DNA of 64,000 bases, from contig CAXDMJ010000001.1 in the NCBI GenBank assembly GCA_963990035.1, positions 10,622 to 74,621 on the forward strand. Reading direction: 5' to 3'. Source of the stretch: an uncultured Candidatus Poseidoniales archaeon (lineage in GTDB: Archaea; Thermoplasmatota; Poseidoniia; Poseidoniales; Thalassarchaeaceae). Under the pieces are notes generated by a model, which was not told where the DNA came from, made no database searches, and saw nothing but the letters and a program-made list of their open reading frames with translations. Below are positions 48,281-56,006 of this stretch, piece after piece. Each line of letters starts with the position of its first letter. The first letter of the stretch is position 1. A program made the position numbers and the translations under genes.

Positions 48281-50044
48281 ATGTATCATGCTAAAGCATT
48301 CACTCAAATCTTAGTTTTACTGCTATCAATGCTATTGTTTACTGTCAATCCTATGTCTGCTGATAATCATAATGATGTCATTGTAATAGATGAGATTATA
48401 GAGTGGTCAAATGGACAAGAAATGGACAAAGACATACATATAACAAGTAATGGTAAACTTACGATTAGTACTTCGATTAATTTCATTACTGATTCACTAA
48501 TTACTATAGAACAAGGTGGTGAATTAAATTTGATTGATAGTGCAGAAATTATCGCTGATAAAAGAGCTACATCTCTAAGAACCATGGGGTCAATAGATGA
48601 GAATAATAGATCTAGCATCGTAATACCGACTGCTGAATATACTGATGAAATGAAAGTTCTGATTAGAACCGTAGAAGGTGCATCTTTGAATGGGAGCTAT
48701 GTATATGTGGGAGATATGGACCCTGTAGAGATGAATAGTGAAGAGTTCGTATTAGACATACCTGAGGGTGAAGATGTTACGCAACTTAGTTTTACAGGAT
48801 ACGGATTCTTTCCAATTATCAAATCTATTGCCTTAGAGACCATAAATGGCGATTTGATAAGTGAACATTCCGCAAATGAATTACCCTATCAAAATATGCT
48901 TCTTTTTGGAGAAAATGGTATTAGAGTAGAATCAGCAGGTAAAATAAATATTTTAGATGAGTCTATGATTAAAGGTATGGACATATATTCTAGTGGTGAA
49001 ATAATAATTAAAAATAGTATGATTAAAGATAGTTCTCCTATTATATTAACTAGTAATCAAGCATCAATTACAATCGAAAATACTGAAATTTCTGGTAGTC
49101 AAGAAGATCATTATGTTGAAGCCCAACCATTCTCAACAATAAACTGGGGAATCTCAGAGGGTAGTGAAGATGTCTCAATCAAGGGTCTCTTAATCGACAG
49201 ATGGGAAAGAGTAATATCGGATCAATCATTAATTTTTGACGCTATTGGTGTTTCTTATGTCATTGATGGAGAAGACCCTAGTGGTGAATTTTTAGATATA
49301 GGTGATTTTAGTGGACAGGATGGTGTTTCATTCATTAATGGAGGAAGAGAAAGAGTTGTAGAAATTGGATGGGCTGATGGATCTGTAACAAGAGAAAATG
49401 GAATAATAGTTATCTCAGAGTACAGGACCGCTTGGAATACTGTGCAGAGTGAAATACTAGATTATGGACCATCAGATACTACTCTGACATGGGATGAACA
49501 AATAGATTTAAGAATGATAAATGTACCTTCAATAGAGTGGGTTTCACTAACAATTAATGGAAATGAAAGTAATATCCCTCTTGGAGAATCTCACCAGATA
49601 TCTGCAATTATAGCGAATAGAGGGACAGTATCAGCAAATATTTACTTCGATTGTGATGTTACCGAATCGGGCTTGGCTGCAGACATAGGTGGTTACCAAG
49701 GAGCTCAGATAAATCCTGGAGAAGAACTAGAACTTTACTTTGATTGGAGGAATAACGACCCAGGAGAATTTGGGCTTACATGTGAAATATTAACGCCAAC
49801 ACAACTTGTTGATTATGAAAATTCGACTGCTTTTGGAGGTGGAGAATTCTCTACATCCACTATTAATTGGGAAGAAAAATCAGAACCTTCGACTTTAGCT
49901 ATACTTCCTATTATGATTGTAATTATTATAATTATGATAGCAGGAGGAGTCTATCTGGTCCACCATTTATCTAATGATGCTGAAGAAACAGCAGAAATAT
50001 TAGAAGATTTCAAGAGAGATAACCTTGAAGAAGAAGAATTATAG
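48281..50044 (+). CDS. Type-I surface protein (587 aa): signal peptide, beta-helix-like N-region, CARDB-like module, TM anchor, acidic tail
   Basis: The signal peptide is 'ILVLLLSMLLFTVNPMSA-DN'. 'ISAIIANRGTVSANIYFDCDV' is CARDB-like. The TM helix is 'LAILPIMIVIIIIMIAGGVYLV' and the tail is 'SNDAEETAEILEDFKRDNLEEEEL'. Confidence 0.55.
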   Translation: MYHAKAFTQILVLLLSMLLFTVNPMSADNHNDVIVIDEIIEWSNGQEMDKDIHITSNGKLTISTSINFITDSLITIEQGGELNLIDSAEIIADKRATSLRTMGSIDENNRSSIVIPTAEYTDEMKVLIRTVEGASLNGSYVYVGDMDPVEMNSEEFVLDIPEGEDVTQLSFTGYGFFPIIKSIALETINGDLISEHSANELPYQNMLLFGENGIRVESAGKINILDESMIKGMDIYSSGEIIIKNSMIKDSSPIILTSNQASITIENTEISGSQEDHYVEAQPFSTINWGISEGSEDVSIKGLLIDRWERVISDQSLIFDAIGVSYVIDGEDPSGEFLDIGDFSGQDGVSFINGGRERVVEIGWADGSVTRENGIIVISEYRTAWNTVQSEILDYGPSDTTLTWDEQIDLRMINVPSIEWVSLTINGNESNIPLGESHQISAIIANRGTVSANIYFDCDVTESGLAADIGGYQGAQINPGEELELYFDWRNNDPGEFGLTCEILTPTQLVDYENSTAFGGGEFSTSTINWEEKSEPSTLAILPIMIVIIIIMIAGGVYLVHHLSNDAEETAEILEDFKRDNLEEEEL

Positions 50045-50521
50045 TCAGATGTCTAAAACTACCTGAGCCATCCATCCTGGGCCCTCGAAAGTAGGTATAT
50101 TAGGCTCTAATCCATCTACAACCTCATTCGCTTCGATCTTTCGCATTACAAGTTCATGCAAGGTGACTGCTTTAATCTCAATTTCCCGTTCAACTAATTC
50201 TGAGTTTACCCATGCTACATGAGCAGAAATCGATTCATCATCTATTTTAACGATTAAATCAACTAGCCATTCATTCTCAATTGTGCCACGATATAGAACT
50301 TCTTCAAGAAATTTAACAAGACCTCTTTCTAAATCTTTTTCATATAATGAAATAGTCCATACGCCAGTTGAACGTGTTAAACTATTAAGTGAATCAAGAG
50401 ACTTATCGGATACTTGTATTGATTGAAGACCAAGAACACACTCCATTATTACGTTTTCAGGCGAGAAAGAAAAAGCGCGTATACCTATGTCGGCAGTTGT
50501 AGGTAGAATCCACCAAGACAT
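50045..50521 (-). CDS. Archease (RtcB activator / tRNA-splicing ligase cofactor)
   Basis: The N-terminal 'LPTTADIGIRAF' corresponds to the HTADxg motif. The C-terminal 'IKAVTLHELVMRK...WMAQVVLDI' corresponds to KAvTyH...vv.Dv. The protein is 158 aa. Confidence 0.7.
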   Translation of the reverse strand: MSWWILPTTADIGIRAFSFSPENVIMECVLGLQSIQVSDKSLDSLNSLTRSTGVWTISLYEKDLERGLVKFLEEVLYRGTIENEWLVDLIVKIDDESISAHVAWVNSELVEREIEIKAVTLHELVMRKIEANEVVDGLEPNIPTFEGPGWMAQVVLDI

Positions 50522-50528
50522 CTAATTT

Positions 50529-53500
50529 TCACTCAAACTGATTGCATAATTCACCTTGGCTAGGGAAACTCACAGGATCTTTTGGATTCGTATTCCATTT
50601 ACTTTCACACTTATTCAAAGAACCATCGCCATCAGAATCAATATTAGCATCGGCAGCATCATATGGATCAAAATTAAAGAAATATTCCCATCCTGCCCAC
50701 ATACCGTCACCATCTTGGTCTTGATGGAATACTTCTGAACCGTCATTCCACTGATCACCATCCGTATCATTTAGAATAGGGCTTGTACCATTCTGCATTT
50801 CTTCATAATTAGTATAATTCTCAAGATCATCATAGAACCTCTTACCGTATGATGTCGTTTCATCAATATGACATTCAGCATTTTGAGGATTATCCCATCC
50901 TGGACAATAACGGAATAGAAGGTTGGTACGATTAAGTCCATCGCGATCGAAATCCTCCTGTCCGTCATCTATACCATCTAAGTCTGAATCAGTCATTGAA
51001 GGATCCATAGGTCCTCGAGCACCTAGAGCATTCAGAGAATTATTATCCACAAGTCCCAAGGATATTGCTTCACCTGAGTAGAATACCTCCCATCCATCTG
51101 GTAATTTATCGTTATCAGTATCATCATTAACTGGGTTTGTATTCCACCTATCTGGAGCTTCAAGTTGATTCATCAAAGTGTCATTATCGACATCATAGAT
51201 ATTATCAATCATTGAACCATATGCAGGATCAAGTGCCCAGCGACCATTATTTGGTATTACAAAGCCTGAAAGATTCATCTCATGGAGGAAATATTTAGGG
51301 TCCATGACACCATCTCCATCTCTATCTCCAGATGTAGAAAAACCTTGAATATAATTAGTCCAAACCCATCCACCTGGACCAAGCCCGCACTCAAACATAT
51401 TGTCACATCCAGGAGGTAACCAGTTTGTACTACTAATCCATAGGCTATGACTATTAGTATTCTGTTGAACTGAGAATACTTGCATCTCCCAACCGTCTGG
51501 CTGTCCATCATTATCAGTGTCATTAATTAGAGGATTTGTTGCTGCTTGCCAAGGACGTGGTATAAATAAAACTTCACCACCATCATCTAATCCGTCTCCA
51601 TCACTATCTGCATTATTACCATGAGTGATATATTGGTCGCGACCATCTACAACCTCTTCTCCATCTGCTAAACCATCATTATCAGTATCAAATGAAGAGG
51701 CATTAGTGAAATATTTTTCAGTAATATTCCAGTAAAAGCCATCCATAGCCTCAGTGAAATCTTCTAATCCGTCACTATCAGTATCTCGATCGGTAGCATT
51801 AGTAAATGTTTCATAATATTCTACTGAATCTGATAACCCATCGCTGTCTGTATCGAATACACCAGGGTCACTCCTCACGAGAACATCCTTTACTCCGTTA
51901 TCAACAACTCTAATAGTCCAACCAATAACTTCTATGCCGTCAATTAAGCCATCATTATCAGTATCTGCCAGTAATGGATTTGTGGAACGACCATCTGTTA
52001 TTCCATCACCATCTCTATCCCTAGCATTATACTCATCTAAATTAGTAAACCTCTCATCCTGCTCTACTACAATGGCTAAGTCTTGAGTTCTTGTCATTAC
52101 TTCATCACCTACATTGACATTTATTTCATAAATCCAACCTTCAGTTAGAGTTTTGACAGGAATATTCACATATACACTATTTTGAACTGTACGGACCCAT
52201 AGTATGGTTTTGTTAACTGGAACATAGTCCCCTAATTCAACAGATATTAGGTGTACTGTGCTGAAACCTATGAGTTCATCAAATCTAACCCCACCATCAC
52301 CATCTGAGTCATAACCATCAAAATCAGGATCTTCTAATGCATTGGCACCATCATCATTCGGATGAATGCCATTCAAGTGTTCCCAACCATCAGGCATGCC
52401 ATCATTATCGGTATCAGCTAGTAAAGGACTAGTGAAATTTTCAGGCCCCCAAGTGTAAGCAACTTCATATTCTTCGACATTGTTAAGGCCATCTTCATCC
52501 CTATCGCCATATGCATCAGTAGCATTTGCAGGGTTTAGGAATCTGTTAGATTCTAAATCTAAAGCATAACAGTATTCGTAACCATCAGGCATACCATCAC
52601 CATCTGAATCCCAGTCACCGGGTCCATTTAGACGACCATCTCCGTCCATATCCTGCTCAAACCAAGTCATATCACCTGGACCTGACATATATTCATGATA
52701 TGGGGACTTGAGAGTTAATGTACCAAACTGAGTAACTCCACAGTGAACTGATAAATCGATATTCCCAAAAGCAATTTCATATCTATCAGCAATTAAATCA
52801 CCATCACTATCTTCTTCTAGTGGGTTGGTATCATATCTTTCTTCGACGTAATTCCTCAGACTATCTGGCTCGGGTTGTTCTAAATCTAATAATGCATCAC
52901 ATGAGTGACCAAACTGGTTACCCATTGCATCAAAGGTGCTAGCACCTATATCTGCTCTAATCTGAGCCTTAACATCTGGAGTTAGTATGTAGCAATCCCA
53001 ATTCCCATCGAGGGGGTCAAGAAGTTTAATTTGCCCTTGAGGTGTTTCTACAGTATATGTGTAAAGCGATTCCCAACGATCATTTAACCCATCGCCATCA
53101 GAATCTTGAAGATTAGGATTTGTACCTAGAGCTGCTTCATCTACGTTAATCAAGCCATCTCGATCAGGGTCACCAAATGGGCCGTTATCAGGATTAGGAA
53201 AGGTTTCATTTAATTCGGTATTTTCTTCAGCCTCATCTGGATTTGTAGTTTGAGCACTAGGATCCGCGGCTTCTCCACTATCTAATGGATCGAGACCATT
53301 ATCTATTTCCCAGCCATCATCCAGACCATCACTATCTGTATCTGAGACTCTCCAATCAGTACCATAGAGAGTTTGTTCCATTCGATCAGGTAATCCATCA
53401 CCATCTGTATCTACCCCTTCTTGATGGTTTTCAGAATCTAAAGTCACTATATCGACTGAACCATCTTCCCAACCAGAAACAGTTGCTAATCCTGCACCAA

Positions 53501-53576
53501 TAATAGTATAAAATCCAGCTAAAATTAGTGTTGCAGCAATTGCTGAGACTGCATATTGATTGTGTGTAAGAGCCAA
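50529..53576 (-). CDS. Secreted/anchored protein (1015 aa) with ~24 thrombospondin type-3-like Ca-binding repeats
   Basis: The N-terminal hydrophobic segment is 'AVSAIAATLILAGFYTIIGAGLATV'. Repeats include DTDGDGLPDRME, DTDSDGLDDGWE, DSDGDGMPDGYE, DTDNDGMPDGWE, DTDNDGQPDGWE and DSDGDGSLNKCE. The TTG start is supported by GAGGTGAT upstream. Confidence 0.75.
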   Translation of the reverse strand: MALTHNQYAVSAIAATLILAGFYTIIGAGLATVSGWEDGSVDIVTLDSENHQEGVDTDGDGLPDRMEQTLYGTDWRVSDTDSDGLDDGWEIDNGLDPLDSGEAADPSAQTTNPDEAEENTELNETFPNPDNGPFGDPDRDGLINVDEAALGTNPNLQDSDGDGLNDRWESLYTYTVETPQGQIKLLDPLDGNWDCYILTPDVKAQIRADIGASTFDAMGNQFGHSCDALLDLEQPEPDSLRNYVEERYDTNPLEEDSDGDLIADRYEIAFGNIDLSVHCGVTQFGTLTLKSPYHEYMSGPGDMTWFEQDMDGDGRLNGPGDWDSDGDGMPDGYEYCYALDLESNRFLNPANATDAYGDRDEDGLNNVEEYEVAYTWGPENFTSPLLADTDNDGMPDGWEHLNGIHPNDDGANALEDPDFDGYDSDGDGGVRFDELIGFSTVHLISVELGDYVPVNKTILWVRTVQNSVYVNIPVKTLTEGWIYEINVNVGDEVMTRTQDLAIVVEQDERFTNLDEYNARDRDGDGITDGRSTNPLLADTDNDGLIDGIEVIGWTIRVVDNGVKDVLVRSDPGVFDTDSDGLSDSVEYYETFTNATDRDTDSDGLEDFTEAMDGFYWNITEKYFTNASSFDTDNDGLADGEEVVDGRDQYITHGNNADSDGDGLDDGGEVLFIPRPWQAATNPLINDTDNDGQPDGWEMQVFSVQQNTNSHSLWISSTNWLPPGCDNMFECGLGPGGWVWTNYIQGFSTSGDRDGDGVMDPKYFLHEMNLSGFVIPNNGRWALDPAYGSMIDNIYDVDNDTLMNQLEAPDRWNTNPVNDDTDNDKLPDGWEVFYSGEAISLGLVDNNSLNALGARGPMDPSMTDSDLDGIDDGQEDFDRDGLNRTNLLFRYCPGWDNPQNAECHIDETTSYGKRFYDDLENYTNYEEMQNGTSPILNDTDGDQWNDGSEVFHQDQDGDGMWAGWEYFFNFDPYDAADANIDSDGDGSLNKCESKWNTNPKDPVSFPSQGELCNQFE
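50560..53450 (-). repeat. In-frame TSP3-like repeat array
   Basis: The DNA cassettes are related to those at 22935-25235. For example, 52381-52430 'tcccaaccatcaggcatgccatcattatcggtatcagctagtaaaggact' encodes SPLLADTDNDGMPDGWE. Confidence 0.7.
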
Positions 53577-53580
53577 TTAA

Positions 53581-53587
53581 TCACCTC
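53581..53587 (-). promoter_or_regulatory. Strong Shine-Dalgarno (GAGGTGA) upstream of the TTG start
   Basis: The rc of 53574-53592 reads GGCCGAGGTGATTAATTG. The GAGGTGAT octamer is complementary to the canonical 16S 3' end and is followed by TAA and then TTG. Confidence 0.5.
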
Positions 53588-53656
53588 GGCCCCCATAGGG
53601 GGCATACAGTTGTCTTTAGGATATGATATAATGTTTCATTAGTCGTGTGCAGAGAT

Positions 53657-54754
53657 TTATTGTTTAGCAATCTCAGTCATAGACATTAGTTTGAGGACAT
53701 TAGTATTCGATTCTATCCTAAATTCAGACTTTACGTTACGACCATAAGCTCTCTCCCAACATCCGCTGAGAACTCCACAAAATATTGCAGGATGAAAGCA
53801 AGATGAGAAAAAAATCTCAACGCCACCAAAATCATCAATTGAGTTTACTGAGGCTATAGAGCCTAAGCCATTTCTTGCAAGATGTCTATTCCCAACTACA
53901 ACCCAGTCCTCCTCTTTAGAGATAATTATATGATGCCCTTGATTAAAGAAAATCTCTCTTATTGCATCAGAAAAAATAGTCCATAAAATACTTTTTTTAT
54001 CATCTATTCCAGACCATATAAATGAGTCTTCTCGGCCTTCATGAACAGTATCAACATATGGTAAGAAATAACTTTCAAAACGAAGAATAAGATCCTGATG
54101 AATCATAGCCATCCGATTACCCATTATTGTCCATGTTCCATCCTCACCAACTAGTAAAGTATCCCAAGATTCATCGTCTGAATCTGAGTTTAAAATTACT
54201 TTTTCTTGAAACCAAGGAATATGAGATATACTTGGTTTAGGAATATTTGCATTATCAAGAGACAGGCTCAACATCAGACTATTAGATGTGTTCTGATTCC
54301 ATCGGAAACGAAATCTAGAGTTAGTAGCATATTCCCATATTGCTGAAAAAATACCTGCACACATAGGTCCATTAATAGGATGACTAAGGTGAACTCTAAT
54401 TTCTTCATCATCATCTACTAATTCGAAAGAACCTAAGCCTCTATCTTGCCAATCAGATCTTATTAATTTCCATTTTTGAGGATTCCTACTACTTGGTGAC
54501 TTAACATTAGAATCATTCATCAACCATTCTTCAGATTCAGAGGATGCATGAGCTAAACGTCGCCCTAAACTTTGACCACTCCTCCTCTCTAAACCTGAAA
54601 AAAAGTCTTCGAATGAATTAATATCAACTTTCCACACTGGATTCTCACTAATTTTTGAATCAATAATAAGACCGCTAGAAAGCATTTTCCATCGTTTTTT
54701 AATTCTCTCAGGGATCATTGAATCATTCGCTTTTGAGAAACCAAAAAAACTCAT
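53657..54754 (-). CDS. Hypothetical protein with two V4R-like (4-vinyl-reductase-type) repeats
   Basis: There is an internal duplication. 'RGLGSFEL...GPMCAGIFSAIWEYATNSRFRFRWNQNTSNSLMLSL' (aa ~104-165) pairs with 'NGLGSIAS...PAIFCGVLSGCWERAYGRNVKSEFRIESNTNVLKLM' (aa ~295-358). Confidence 0.4.
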   Translation of the reverse strand: MSFFGFSKANDSMIPERIKKRWKMLSSGLIIDSKISENPVWKVDINSFEDFFSGLERRSGQSLGRRLAHASSESEEWLMNDSNVKSPSSRNPQKWKLIRSDWQDRGLGSFELVDDDEEIRVHLSHPINGPMCAGIFSAIWEYATNSRFRFRWNQNTSNSLMLSLSLDNANIPKPSISHIPWFQEKVILNSDSDDESWDTLLVGEDGTWTIMGNRMAMIHQDLILRFESYFLPYVDTVHEGREDSFIWSGIDDKKSILWTIFSDAIREIFFNQGHHIIISKEEDWVVVGNRHLARNGLGSIASVNSIDDFGGVEIFFSSCFHPAIFCGVLSGCWERAYGRNVKSEFRIESNTNVLKLMSMTEIAKQ

Positions 54755-54758
54755 TAAA

Positions 54759-55961
54759 TCAACTACTTAAAAACCGTTCAATTCGAATAAAAGCTTCCTC
54801 TAATACAGGAATTGGAGGTAAACATACCATTCGGAAATGTCCAGCTCCAAATTCAGGTGAAAAACCTGAACCATGAACGACTAAAACGTGTTCTTCATGT
54901 AATAGATTTAAAACCCATTTTTTATCATCTTTGAAGTCTTCAGGATTAGTTAATCGAACAAATAAATAAAATGCACCTTGAGGACTCTCACAAGAAATAC
55001 CATCTATCTCATTAATACGTTTTAAACAATAATTCATTCTTTTTTCAGTTAGATTACGATGTGATAAAAGCCACTCATGAGAACTTTGTAATCCTGCTAA
55101 ATAACCATATTGAGCTGGTGTGGAGGCACAAAGGCGACTGCGAAGTATTCTTTCAACACCATCTCTAACAAGAGAAAGACGATTTTCTGGATCATACCAA
55201 GCCATATATCCAATTCTCCAACCAGGTGCGAAATATACCTTAGATACGCCATTTAGAGTAATTATTGGTACATCTTTGGAAACCGATGCTACAGATGTAA
55301 AAGAATTAGAGAAATCTAATCCATCATATATCTCATCTGCTATAATAGTACATTTTGGCCATTCTTTGGCTATCTCAATTAATTGCTCTATTTCTGATTT
55401 TGTAGCAACATTACCAGTTGGATTGTTAGGATTTATCAAAACAAGAAGTTTTACTGAATCATTCATTTTTTGACGTATATCATCTAAATCTATCTTCCAA
55501 TTATCTGAAGATTTTAGCCTATATTCTATAGTTTTAGCACCATACATTTGCGGATAAGCCATATATGGGGGATAGTGAGGTCCAGGTGCTAAAACTGTAT
55601 CATTTTCTTGAAGAAATGCTGCGAAAATGATTTGTAGAGCCTCCGTTACACCATGTGTGACATAAACATCATTCAAATTACATCCCCAACCTTTAGAACT
55701 TTCAGATACAGATATGGCTTTTCTCAAATCATCTAATCCATATGATGGTCCGTAACCATTATCTTGCCTATCTAAAGCATTCTTGTATTCCTCAATCATA
55801 TGTTCAGGTGTAGGCAGTCCCTCATATGCTAAAGGATCACCAATATTTAATCGAATAATTTTATGACCTTTCTTTTCTAATTCGATTGCTGGGACAACTA
55901 CATCTCTAATCGCATATTCAATCGATGACGCTCTTGTAGAAACCTCAACTTGTTCCACCAT
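54759..55961 (-). CDS. Class I/II PLP-dependent aminotransferase (alanine/aspartate aminotransferase-like)
   Basis: 'LVLINPNNPTG' is present, and 'SKVYFAPGWRIGY' carries the PLP lysine. The track start at 55994 is TTG. The first ATG is at 55961. Confidence 0.8.
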   Translation of the reverse strand: MVEQVEVSTRASSIEYAIRDVVVPAIELEKKGHKIIRLNIGDPLAYEGLPTPEHMIEEYKNALDRQDNGYGPSYGLDDLRKAISVSESSKGWGCNLNDVYVTHGVTEALQIIFAAFLQENDTVLAPGPHYPPYMAYPQMYGAKTIEYRLKSSDNWKIDLDDIRQKMNDSVKLLVLINPNNPTGNVATKSEIEQLIEIAKEWPKCTIIADEIYDGLDFSNSFTSVASVSKDVPIITLNGVSKVYFAPGWRIGYMAWYDPENRLSLVRDGVERILRSRLCASTPAQYGYLAGLQSSHEWLLSHRNLTEKRMNYCLKRINEIDGISCESPQGAFYLFVRLTNPEDFKDDKKWVLNLLHEEHVLVVHGSGFSPEFGAGHFRMVCLPPIPVLEEAFIRIERFLSS

Positions 55962-56006
55962 GACTCCGCGAAGACGTGAAGTCTCATGAATCAAACGGAT
56001 GAGTGA

